A stretch of DNA of 61,393 bases, the filler included. It is 6 parts of 6 records of this genome, joined end to end, with 100 filler letters (N's around TTAATTAATTAA, not from the genome) between each part and the next. Parts side by side here need not be neighbours in the genome. Positions count along the whole stretch, not along the records: positions 5,813 to 21,129 come from DRR723986_11834; positions 21,230 to 31,974 come from DRR723986_11857; 4 more parts are not named here. One strand, written 5' to 3'. Of this stretch, positions 19,204-27,851 are shown in pieces; the stretch's first letter is position 1; the number at the start of each line of letters is the position of its first letter. The notes beneath the pieces were generated by a model. The model searched no databases, was not told where the DNA came from, and saw only the letters and a list, made by a program, of their open reading frames with translations. The translations under genes and the position numbers were made by a program.

Positions 19204-20487
19204 ATGAAAGCAAAATACATTTTGAGCGTTGTCTTGACGCTGTGCACCTGCCCACTATTTTCACAGCCGCAGGAAACCATTTTCAACATAACAAGTGATG
19301 ACTATGACTTTCTGCACTATCTGGAGTTCCGGAATACATTCACATATTCCGGCGTTGAAATGCGCTTCGGTGAAATTTTCGTGTCGGATGGAGAGCAGAA
19401 ACAGAGAGTTGATCTTGTCAACTGGGACACGGAATCAATAACGATTCAAGATGCCGGCGGGCAGGTGCAGCAAACTGATTTGGAACAATATGCCCGGTCC
19501 GAAACATTTGACCTGCCAACAGAAGAAACACCCACAATAGAATTTTATCGGGTGATTGGTATGTGGGCTCCATCAAATGCATTTCCACCGGATCAGGATG
19601 ATCCTCCAGGTGGAGGTCCGGGCAACACTCCATGGGACGTTCTGGACAGGACTGAGTGGGAGCTACAGTTACGTGACGCTACAAACGACAATGTTCTCAC
19701 GATCCTAAACACCGCAGGAATCGATGCCCACACCGACCCCTATTCCAACCCATTTACCGGGACGGATCCAAGAGTTGCAAACCACTCAGTTGTGATTCCT
19801 GCCGAACACGCGGGTAAAAGTGTCTACATACAGGTAATTACACGCCGATGGGGAACGTCCCCGTATGGTGTTACAATGATGAAAGAGCCAGGCTATTTTT
19901 TTAATGAGTCAGCAATTGTAGACTCGCAGGGTGACCGCCTTGATGATGGCTATATCCAGGGATTGCATGATGAATGGTTTCAGGCAGTGATTGACTATTG
20001 CGATGAAATCAAATCAACCACAGGTTGGCTGCCGACTGAGACTTCTCACTGGATGTTCTCACCCGCACAGATGGGAGTTCATAGAGCGCGATATTACGAA
20101 GAAGTTGTTATCGACGGCGTCACAGTTATGTCTCAGCTACCGCCAGTATCCGGGTCGGTTAAGCAATCGCCTGCACTTACAAACTCGGAGAATACTCGAA
20201 GTGTGGCAAACCTCAATATCATGTCCGTTTCTCCAAACCCAGTGGATCCGGCCACTCCCATTGTACTGGAGCTCATGATTGTCATGGAAGCAGAACTTTC
20301 GGTTGCTGTTTACAATTTAGTCGGATCGAGAGTCGCGGGAGTCTGGAATGGTAAGCTTCCCAATGGCCCGCACAATGTTAGCGTAAACCTTTCAGATCTG
20401 AATTTGGCTGCAGGATCATACTCTTTGGTCTTGGAAAACGCTGCTGGGAAGATAGAGAGCCGCGCACCAATTACGGTTGTTCGTTAA
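19204..20487 (+). CDS. Secreted protein with T9SS type A C-terminal sorting domain
   Basis: Signal peptide; C-terminal SVSPNP...VAVYNLVGSRV...LAAGSYSLVL...PITVVR. Confidence 0.85.
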   Translation: MKAKYILSVVLTLCTCPLFSQPQETIFNITSDDYDFLHYLEFRNTFTYSGVEMRFGEIFVSDGEQKQRVDLVNWDTESITIQDAGGQVQQTDLEQYARSETFDLPTEETPTIEFYRVIGMWAPSNAFPPDQDDPPGGGPGNTPWDVLDRTEWELQLRDATNDNVLTILNTAGIDAHTDPYSNPFTGTDPRVANHSVVIPAEHAGKSVYIQVITRRWGTSPYGVTMMKEPGYFFNESAIVDSQGDRLDDGYIQGLHDEWFQAVIDYCDEIKSTTGWLPTETSHWMFSPAQMGVHRARYYEEVVIDGVTVMSQLPPVSGSVKQSPALTNSENTRSVANLNIMSVSPNPVDPATPIVLELMIVMEAELSVAVYNLVGSRVAGVWNGKLPNGPHNVSVNLSDLNLAAGSYSLVLENAAGKIESRAPITVVR

Positions 20488-20537
20488 GATTCCAGAGAAT
20501 TGCAGCCCGGATGTCTCACTGTGGCTGCCCGCAAAGG

Positions 20538-20653
20538 CTGATGCCTTGCCGGCAACCGATACCGTTTGGGTACATTTAAGTTGACCTGACATGGTAGAAA
20601 CAATCCAGGTGATTGATCTGTTGGGACGGCCAGTGATCGCTGTTCTGTATTGA
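20538..20653 (+). pseudogene. Remnant of a second T9SS C-terminal domain
   Basis: Frame from 20546 reads LPATDTVWVHLS*PDMVETIQVIDLLGRPVIAVLY*, resembling PNPA...I.V.DLLGR.V. Confidence 0.55.
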
Positions 20654-20723
20654 AAGTGTGATTCCCCGCTGAGGATGATTGCGACACTGCCTTTAGTGAT
20701 AGTCTAATGATTTTCTCACCATA

Positions 20724-21129
20724 ATGGCTGCGACAATGGAGCAATGCAAACATTTTAAGTGCTGCGGAATCGAGGGTGCTGAAAACTTATCGGACGGCCT
20801 ATGCATCCTGCATTCGAGGGACGCGGATAAGGATAAAGAATCATTCGACGAAGCCTTGAAAGCGCACCGACAAGGAGAAACGTGTGATAATTTCAGGCAC
20901 ATATTTTTTCCGGGAGATGTGGATTTTTCGGGTCATGAATTTGGTGAATCGGCAATCTTTTCCAGTGCCAGGTTCAGCGGCGATGCAAACTTTGACGAGG
21001 CCACGTTCAGCGGTGAGGCACGCTTTGACTATGCCAGGATCAGCGGCAATGCAAGCTTTCTCCGAGCCACGTTCAGCGGCGATACAAGCTTTTTCGAGAC
21101 CAGGATCAGCGGCAATGCAAGCTTTTACG
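20724..21129 (+). CDS. Pentapeptide-repeat protein (11-aa A-x-F-S-G-x-A-x-F type), truncated by the contig end
   Basis: ARFSGDANFDE/ATFSGEARFDY/ARISGNASFLR repeats with 33-bp DNA period; N-terminal C..CC...CILH motif. Confidence 0.8.
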
Positions 21130-21229
21130 NNNNNNNNNNNNNNNNNNNNNNNNNNNNNNNNNNNNNNNNNNNNTTAATTAATTAANNNNNNNNNNNNNNN
21201 NNNNNNNNNNNNNNNNNNNNNNNNNNNNN
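21130..21229. other. Artificial contig spacer
   Basis: N runs plus TTAATTAATTAA. Confidence 0.99.
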
Positions 21230-21354
21230 TCGATGCGGCCTCGAGCTCCTCCGGTCGTGAAGAATTCCGAAAGCTGTGCCGGGTCGACGACAGCCTCAAA
21301 CACCTCCGCGACGGGTTTAGAAATCCTCCCGCCGACTGTGAATTTCAGTTCCAT
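21230..21354 (-). CDS. SRPBCC/AHSA1-like protein, 5' part
   Basis: MELKFTVGGRISKPVAEVFEAVVDPAQLSEFFTTGGA; AAGGA RBS; divergent from an ArsR gene. Confidence 0.8.
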
Positions 21355-21382
21355 GGCCCTGTTCCTTGTTGCCTTGCGAGCT

Positions 21383-21410
21383 ATTATGTTATAAAAATAT
21401 AACATGTCAA
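21383..21410 (-). promoter_or_regulatory. Sigma70-like promoter TTGACA-N16-CATAAT overlapping the palindrome ATGTTATA-AAAA-TATAACAT (putative ArsR operator, 21386-21405)
   Basis: Minus strand reads ttgacatgttatatttttataacataat; the palindrome overlaps the ArsR start codon. Confidence 0.7.
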
Positions 21411-21781
21411 CAGATGATCAGGATGACGCGCTTTTCAAGGCGCTTGGCCACAGGGCGCGCAGGCATATGCTTGACCTTTTGAAAAAGGGGCCGCTAACCA
21501 CAGGCCACCTTTGCGAGGCGCTGCCGCAGATAGACCGCTGCACAGTCATGCAGCATCTGAAGGTTCTGGAAAAAGCCGGGCTGGTGGTGGTCGAACGCCG
21601 TGGGCGGGAACGGTGGAACCACCTGGACGCACTGCCAATTCAAGCAGTTCACGAGCGCTGGATCGGTCCCTACGCTGCCTACGCAGCGAATATGCTGGGT
21701 GCTCTCAAGAAGAGCGTTGAACAGAGTGGGGAAACTGAGGTGCCCGCAGAAGCTGAAAGCGACGACGCCTCACATTCCTGA
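21404..21781 (+). CDS. ArsR/SmtB family transcriptional regulator
   Basis: LFKALGHRARRHMLDLL, TVMQHLKVLEKAGLV and RRGRERWNHL motifs. Confidence 0.92.
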   Translation: MSTDDQDDALFKALGHRARRHMLDLLKKGPLTTGHLCEALPQIDRCTVMQHLKVLEKAGLVVVERRGRERWNHLDALPIQAVHERWIGPYAAYAANMLGALKKSVEQSGETEVPAEAESDDASHS

Positions 21782-21861
21782 AGATTGTGGAAGTGGCGTT
21801 TGGAGCAAAGCGTTTGGGGCGGATGTTCTCATGCAAGCGTGAGGTCCTGCCGGCGGGGCAG

Positions 21862-22155
21862 TCATCCGCAGCCGGGCGCGCCTTGCATCCAGGTATCTTC
21901 CGCGCTTCTAGACAAACAGCAAATCCTGGTTTCAGGATGGCATTGGTCCATTCCGAACAATTCGATTTTGGTATCGATGAGGTATAGCGGGAACGCTCTT
22001 CCGAGCGCCTGAATCCAGTAATCAATTTCCAGAGAATTTAGATCGTTACATGACTTGCAATAGCTGGAAAGTGAGTATCCTTTTTCCTGCAAGTCTTCGA
22101 GCGTTGTGCAGCTGCTAGTTTCCAATGGCTCAAGAATTCTTACGTTTAAAGACAT
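21862..22155 (-). CDS. Small hypothetical protein with a CxxC motif
   Basis: TLEDLQEKGYSLSSYCKSC...WIQALG; the only plausible ORF in the gap; GGTGAG upstream. Confidence 0.55.
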   Translation of the reverse strand: MSLNVRILEPLETSSCTTLEDLQEKGYSLSSYCKSCNDLNSLEIDYWIQALGRAFPLYLIDTKIELFGMDQCHPETRICCLSRSAEDTWMQGAPGCG

Positions 22156-22462
22156 TTTTGGCTCACCGTTTTTATTGTCCAAGCAGCTCCAGGGGCGTTT
22201 ATTCGTTTCGGGCGATGGGGCATTTGAAACTTGGAGCTTTTTTACCGGCGATTGGAAACGTTCTCAATTCGTGGGAGTACTTAAGTAGTATTTGAGGGGG
22301 CATCCCGGTGGCCCCGGGCGGCGGGAAATCATGGCAGGATTTTTACGTATTTAGTCCTGGAACCCGATTGCTTCCCAGACGGGGTTTCCGCCACATCTGC
22401 GGGTCGACATTGAACGCGGATCTTTAAATGCCCCCAGTTTCAAAACAGGCCTGCGTTGCCCA

Positions 22463-22948
22463 ATGCCCTTACAGAACTGCCGTGGGATTGCTGCGAGCCG
22501 GGCGATGATGGTTCGGACCGCGCGGCTGGAGGATGCCCCGCAAGTTCTTCGGCTGATCCGAGATCATGCACAGTATGAGGGCGGGAGAGCGTCCATAGAA
22601 CAGAACGTGTTGGAAAGACTGCTGCAGATCGAGGAGCCGCCGGTTCGGATCCTTGTTGCTGAATCAGATCAGATCGCTGGATATGCCGCGTTGACGACGG
22701 ACTATTCGCTTTGGTCCGGAGCGTGCTACGGGCATCTCGATTGCCTTTTCGTTGCGAAGGAATATCGCGGCACGGGCGTAGGCCAGAAACTTTTCCTGAA
22801 GGTGCGTGAAGAAGCGCACGCTGCCGGGTGTGTTCGGCTTGAATGGCAGACGCCGGACTGGAACAGTCAGGCAACTGAGTTCTATAGAAGAAACGGTGCT
22901 GAATGTTTGTCGAAAACCCGCTTTGTCCTGCAGCTTGACGCAGCGTAG
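22463..22948 (+). CDS. GNAT N-acetyltransferase (start may be near 22505)
   Basis: HLDCLFVAKEYRGTGVGQKL and WNSQATEFYRRNG motifs. Confidence 0.88.
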   Translation: MPLQNCRGIAASRAMMVRTARLEDAPQVLRLIRDHAQYEGGRASIEQNVLERLLQIEEPPVRILVAESDQIAGYAALTTDYSLWSGACYGHLDCLFVAKEYRGTGVGQKLFLKVREEAHAAGCVRLEWQTPDWNSQATEFYRRNGAECLSKTRFVLQLDAA

Positions 22949-23111
22949 AAGGAGGTTGAACTGACAGCGTGGTCGTACCGGATTAAATCTTCACGAATGC
23001 AGATCTTTTTCGATTAAATAGACCCGGTTTAGAAATGCGGATTCAGGCTTTTTTCAGCTTTGACGTGCTCAATACTGGAGTGCAAGTTGGCGCTAATCAC
23101 GAAGACGCAGC

Positions 23112-24290
23112 ATGTCTACAGAAGTCAACATTCTCATTCGGTCCATGCGTCAGCTGGTTCCCAATCCGGAAACAAGCGCGATTCTGACTGCAATGGGTGT
23201 TTCCTACTGGGCTTACGATCCGGTTGCGGAAGAGTTGTGCTGGCAAAGGTCGGATCCGACCTCTGTCAGAGGTTATCGCCTTGCAAAGCTGTCCATTCAA
23301 AGAGCACTTCAGTACTACATCCAGCGTGACAGAACCCGCTTCCTGAAGGTGATTTCCAATGCGGTGGAACACGGTCTGTCGCAGACGACACGTGTCACCA
23401 TGAAAACGGATGGCGGTCACAAGTCCTACGACCTGGTGGCTTCTCGCATTTCCGGCAAACCGTCGTTTCTGATCATAGGGCTGATGAAGGAGTGTGCGCC
23501 GGAAGCGCCGGTCAACGCGGAATTGCCGGACATTCTGCAAAACCTGTCCAACGTCTTTATCTCGAACGCCAGTGCTGTCCTCATTACGGACAACAAGGGG
23601 GTGGTTCAGTCGGCCAATCGCCAGTTTCTGAAGCTGTTCGGCATAAGTAACGCCAAACAGGTTGTCGGCCGCGATGCAAGAACGATCCCCAATTACATAG
23701 GCAAGAAGCTCGCTGGCTCATTTGCCGAGATGTTGCGAAGCCGCCTTGCGTCCAAGGGAACGCTCAAGCTGCCTCAGGCCGTAGGTGATCCTGTTGAAGT
23801 TCTTTACGATCTGCATCCGATGGCGCTCGATGATCCAAACGGCGGTATCATCTTTGCAGGGGAACTTGCTGCCAATTCAGTGGAAATATCCGCCAATGAA
23901 GTTCTGGATGCGGTTCCAACCCCAATTCTGGTTGCCGATCTGGATTCTCGCCGCATCAAATACGCCAACAAGGCCGGGCGCGGCGAGTTGGGCTTGTCCG
24001 CGAAACAAATAGGAACCGAACGGCTATCCGATACGCTCATGAGCGCGAATGACGTTCGTGATCTGACCCTTGTTCTCGACAAGGTCGGTTGGGACGCTGG
24101 CCGTGTGTGGCAGGTTCAAAGTCACATCGGACTCAAGAGGCACTACCGCATTCGCACCTGCTTCATCGGCAAACAGTCTTCGCGGCAGATCGTGCTCGAA
24201 TTTCTGCCTGTCCGGCTTGAAAAGGACAAACCCGGCAACGAAAAAGCCCAGAATTTCTTTTCGCGCCTGCTGGACATGAGCTTCAACTGA
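23112..24290 (+). CDS. PAS-domain protein with no recognisable output domain
   Basis: AVLITDNKGVVQSANRQFLKLFG and PILVADLDSRRIKYANKAG PAS signatures. Confidence 0.8.
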   Translation: MSTEVNILIRSMRQLVPNPETSAILTAMGVSYWAYDPVAEELCWQRSDPTSVRGYRLAKLSIQRALQYYIQRDRTRFLKVISNAVEHGLSQTTRVTMKTDGGHKSYDLVASRISGKPSFLIIGLMKECAPEAPVNAELPDILQNLSNVFISNASAVLITDNKGVVQSANRQFLKLFGISNAKQVVGRDARTIPNYIGKKLAGSFAEMLRSRLASKGTLKLPQAVGDPVEVLYDLHPMALDDPNGGIIFAGELAANSVEISANEVLDAVPTPILVADLDSRRIKYANKAGRGELGLSAKQIGTERLSDTLMSANDVRDLTLVLDKVGWDAGRVWQVQSHIGLKRHYRIRTCFIGKQSSRQIVLEFLPVRLEKDKPGNEKAQNFFSRLLDMSFN

Positions 24291-24311
24291 TCCAGCCATC
24301 ACCGTACGTCT

Positions 24312-24345
24312 CTGGAGGCCCGCCAACGCAGACCTCCAGGCTTTT
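24312..24345. terminator. Hairpin between convergent genes
   Basis: CTGGAGG...CCTCCAG stem followed by a short T-run. Confidence 0.45.
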
Positions 24346-24358
24346 GAGTGTCATGCCG

Positions 24359-25273
24359 TCAGATCGTGACGGTCATTTCCTCCATCACGGATCCATAGCC
24401 ACCCGCCATCAGGCCGGTAATCCTGCCATCTTCAAGGTCAAGATCCACGGTAATGACACTGGGGGAAGCCGGAGTCATGAAGTGGCCCTGTTCAATGACG
24501 AACCGTGATTTCCTTTCGTGAAGCAGGTCGTGCAGCACACAGGCGAGGGGGCCAGCCGCCATGCCAGTGGCGGATTCCTCGTCAATTGCATAGCGCGGTG
24601 CGAACATGCGGGTGGTGGCGTCGGCCTGCGTGGCGTTTCGATCGGTCGTGAAAACGTAGTAGCCGATCAGATCCAGCTTGTTGCTGATGTCATTGATCCT
24701 CGACTGGTCCGGTACGATCTGCTTCAGGACGTCGGCATCGCGTACAGCGACGACGACGAAACTGTTGCCTGTGTTCACGAGGACAGGGCGCAGGCGCTCA
24801 TCCAGCTGGTCTGCCTTCAGACCGAGCGAAGCCAGCACGTCGGCTTCGCTGACACCGCGCTCGGCCCAGGCTGGGCTCCGTTCATAAGTCGGGGCGAGCT
24901 GTTCCATGTATGCCGCACCGTTCTTGATGACGATCTTGCGCGGACCATCGACGGTTTCCTTTGAAGTGGCACCCTCCCGAACCCGGCCCAGTTTTGCCAT
25001 GTAGCTGAAGGTCGCTATCGTTGCATGGCCACAATGGGCTATCCGCCTGTTTGGCGTGAAGAAGTCCAGCTTGAACCCTTCTTTCGCTGATTTAGACACG
25101 AAGGCTGTCTCTGAGAGTCCGATCTTTCCCGCAACGGTCAACATGTCTGCTTCCGACAAGCCATCGGCATCGAGGATGACGCCGGCCGGATTTCCGCCAA
25201 AGGCTTCCGAACCGTTCCGGCGCGTAACGAACCCGTGCACGATGCGGGCGACAATTTCTTTCGTTTCACTCAT
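24359..25273 (-). CDS. PhzF family epimerase/isomerase
   Basis: FGGNPAGV, LSETAF, FTPNRRIAHCGHAT, VNTG, RMFAP and EESATG motifs. Confidence 0.92.
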   Translation of the reverse strand: MSETKEIVARIVHGFVTRRNGSEAFGGNPAGVILDADGLSEADMLTVAGKIGLSETAFVSKSAKEGFKLDFFTPNRRIAHCGHATIATFSYMAKLGRVREGATSKETVDGPRKIVIKNGAAYMEQLAPTYERSPAWAERGVSEADVLASLGLKADQLDERLRPVLVNTGNSFVVVAVRDADVLKQIVPDQSRINDISNKLDLIGYYVFTTDRNATQADATTRMFAPRYAIDEESATGMAAGPLACVLHDLLHERKSRFVIEQGHFMTPASPSVITVDLDLEDGRITGLMAGGYGSVMEEMTVTI

Positions 25274-25349
25274 TCCATGCACCTCTCAATCATTGACTGG
25301 ACACAAGAATGATGTCGTCTTATTGCTCATTCAATGCCTGAATACATGA

Positions 25350-26291
25350 GTGAATTTCATGAATGAGCGAGACGAACTGCAAAACCGTCTTTTGCTGAAC
25401 GCACAGCTGCTGCACGCTATTGCAGAAGAGGGGAACTTCTCCCGGGCAGCCGTCGCGGTCGGGCTGGAGCAGTCGGCGGTCAGCCATCGCATCAAGTCTC
25501 TGGAGGCTGCGCTCGGCATTCGGCTTTTCGAGCGAACGACTCGGCGCATCGTTCCGACCGAAGCAGGGCGGATCGTTTGTGATGCCGCGCAGCGCTGTCA
25601 GGAGATCTGGGGCAGTGCGCTGTCGCGGATAGCGGATGTGAAGACCTCCAGGACCATACGTCTGTCCGTATCGTCCTCCGTTGCCATGAAATGGATCGTT
25701 CCGGCCCTGCAGCGCGCGCAGGAGGCCGGCCTTGACCTTGTGGTCGATGTGGAAGACAGGCTTGTCGACCTTCACGCCGGTGAGGCCCAGGCGGCGATCC
25801 GCTACGGGACCGGCCCTTATCCGGGGTTCCACGCCGAAGCGCTCATGACTGCGCAACTTGTGCCCGTTGCGCGGCCCGGCTTGTTGAAGGGGCAAATGGT
25901 TCCCGGCAAGGGAACACCGGCTCTGCTTGCAGACAGGTCCGGCGGGACAGACGGAACGGGCTTCAGCTGGACCGACTATTTCAAGGGGTGCAACTGGCCC
26001 GAGCCACCTTCAAGACCAGTGGCTTCCTTTGCCAGAGCCGACCTCGCGATCCAGGCCGCCATCAGTGGCATGGGGGTCGCGCTCGGCAGGACACTACTGA
26101 TCGAAAACGACATCGAGGCAGGGTTTCTGGAAGTCGTCGGCAACCCCGTTGCTTCCAAGGCAAAATACTGGCTGGTGACGACGGCTGCCTATGCGGACAC
26201 GGAGGGATATCGCGATCTACGGGCCTGGATCGGCAGTGAAATCGAGATCGCACGCGACCAGAACCGGGGGCTGCTTGCCGTCCAGCCATGA
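25350..26291 (+). CDS. LysR family regulator (GcvA-like), divergent from the PhzF gene
   Basis: GNFSRAAVAVGLEQSAVSHRIKSLE HTH; AIRYG and AISGMGVALG motifs. Confidence 0.92.
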   Translation: MNFMNERDELQNRLLLNAQLLHAIAEEGNFSRAAVAVGLEQSAVSHRIKSLEAALGIRLFERTTRRIVPTEAGRIVCDAAQRCQEIWGSALSRIADVKTSRTIRLSVSSSVAMKWIVPALQRAQEAGLDLVVDVEDRLVDLHAGEAQAAIRYGTGPYPGFHAEALMTAQLVPVARPGLLKGQMVPGKGTPALLADRSGGTDGTGFSWTDYFKGCNWPEPPSRPVASFARADLAIQAAISGMGVALGRTLLIENDIEAGFLEVVGNPVASKAKYWLVTTAAYADTEGYRDLRAWIGSEIEIARDQNRGLLAVQP

Positions 26292-26581
26292 ACAGTCTTT
26301 GGTTCCGTATTCCGCCTCTCAAGCGTCACCAGGAGCCTTGAGCCACTGGATCACAAGGGCAAGCTTGTTCTGGTTGGAAAGACCGAGTTACTCGAGGTTC
26401 GACGAGGTCAGGAAAGGCAGGACTAAATTATCCAGAATATGATTGCAGTGGCGAAGGCCGCTTTGTTGACTGCTCGCGGCTGATGGATCAAACGGATGGC
26501 CTGCTGCTTCACGCAGAGGCCATCACGTTACTAGTGCGCTGATTCACGCCCTCCACCAACCTCGAAAGATCCACTGGACCC

Positions 26582-27064
26582 ATGACTGACAAGACCTACC
26601 AGATCAGGCCATTTGCGCCAGGCGACGGTGATGCCCTTGCCGCCATCTATCAAGGTGCGGTCGATCAGATTGCCAGGGCCGACTACTCAGAAGTCCAGCG
26701 GGCTGCCTGGCTCTCCATTGCACCGACGGGTGAAATCATGGAAACGGCCTATGGGGATGGAAGGCTCGCGCTTGTGGCGGTAGATCACGAAGCGCGGGTT
26801 ATCGGATTTTCCGACCTCGAAGAAGATGGTCATATCCAGTTCCTCTACGTTGATCCAGCTGCGGCTGGCCGTGGTGTTGGTTCAAGCCTGATCGGGGCGC
26901 TTGAAGGCGCGGCAAGGCAACGGGGTCTGGGCTGCCTTTATTCCGAGGCAAGCGAGACGGCACTGCCGGTATTTTTGAAGCAGGGCTTTGAACGTCTGCA
27001 TCGTCGCGACCTGAATATCGGCGATGTCGACATACATAATTACAGCGTCGAGAAGCGTCTTTGA
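26582..27064 (+). CDS. GNAT N-acetyltransferase (YafP-like)
   Basis: DYSEVQRAAW, HIQFLYVDPAAAGRGVG and EASETALPVF motifs. Confidence 0.88.
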   Translation: MTDKTYQIRPFAPGDGDALAAIYQGAVDQIARADYSEVQRAAWLSIAPTGEIMETAYGDGRLALVAVDHEARVIGFSDLEEDGHIQFLYVDPAAAGRGVGSSLIGALEGAARQRGLGCLYSEASETALPVFLKQGFERLHRRDLNIGDVDIHNYSVEKRL

Positions 27065-27107
27065 CGGATCTGGATCCCGGGAGGTTTGTGGCAATCGGGC
27101 CGAAGCG

Positions 27108-27851
27108 CTAGCGCGCCTTTTCGATCTGCTCGGTATGGCTGTCCAGCCACTTCTGCAGGTCGCGCTCGGCGCTTTCCAGGCTTTCGGCGTTTATGGCACG
27201 CAGGTTCAAGGCGCGTGTAATGGCACGTGTCCGCTTGTTGATCGCAAAATCGGCAGGTACCGTTTCGAGATTGTCCACGCCCAGCTTGTCATAAAGCGAG
27301 AGCAGGCGGTTCTGGACGGTGCGAAGCGACAGCCCCTGCCGAACGGCAATGACCTTGTCCGACAGGCCGAGAGCCATGTCCAGGAGAACGGCATATTCGC
27401 TGTCCGTAAGCGTGTCGTGTGTCCGGATGTGGCGCTGCTGCACCCGGTGGATTTCCTGATCCACCACAATCTGGGACTCCAGAAAAACACCGCGCAGTGC
27501 CAGGTGAAGCCGCTCCTGAGTTGCCGTCTTCAGAACATATCCGTAGGAGGTTTCCTGGGGCACGATCCGGGCTATGCCGCGCAGGTACGCCTCGTCCGAA
27601 TAGTTCGACCAGAACAGGATGCGGGTCTGGGGGCGTTCGCGCCAGATCGTCCGGGCAGCGTCGATGCCGTTGCGTTCCTTCATCTGAAGATCCATCACCA
27701 CCGACTGGATGGAATGCCTGCGCGCCAGCTGCTCGCCTTCCAGCCCGTTGGTCGCGTGGAAGATGTCCTCGACGTCCGGCAAGGCCAGTTGCAGGGCTTC
27801 GCTCAGATACCCGGCATGAAATTGATCGTCTTCTACCAGAAGCACCTTCAT
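27108..27851 (-). CDS. Response regulator, NarL/LuxR family
   Basis: VLLVEDD, VVMDLQM and GYVLK receiver motifs; LuxR HTH LSDKVIA...LRTVQNRL. Confidence 0.92.
   Translation of the reverse strand: MKVLLVEDDQFHAGYLSEALQLALPDVEDIFHATNGLEGEQLARRHSIQSVVMDLQMKERNGIDAARTIWRERPQTRILFWSNYSDEAYLRGIARIVPQETSYGYVLKTATQERLHLALRGVFLESQIVVDQEIHRVQQRHIRTHDTLTDSEYAVLLDMALGLSDKVIAVRQGLSLRTVQNRLLSLYDKLGVDNLETVPADFAINKRTRAITRALNLRAINAESLESAERDLQKWLDSHTEQIEKAR

Noticed and set aside
20965..21129. 33-bp periodic repeats as a CRISPR array or DGR repeat
   Set aside because: They encode in-frame pentapeptide repeats; no spacers and no reverse transcriptase nearby
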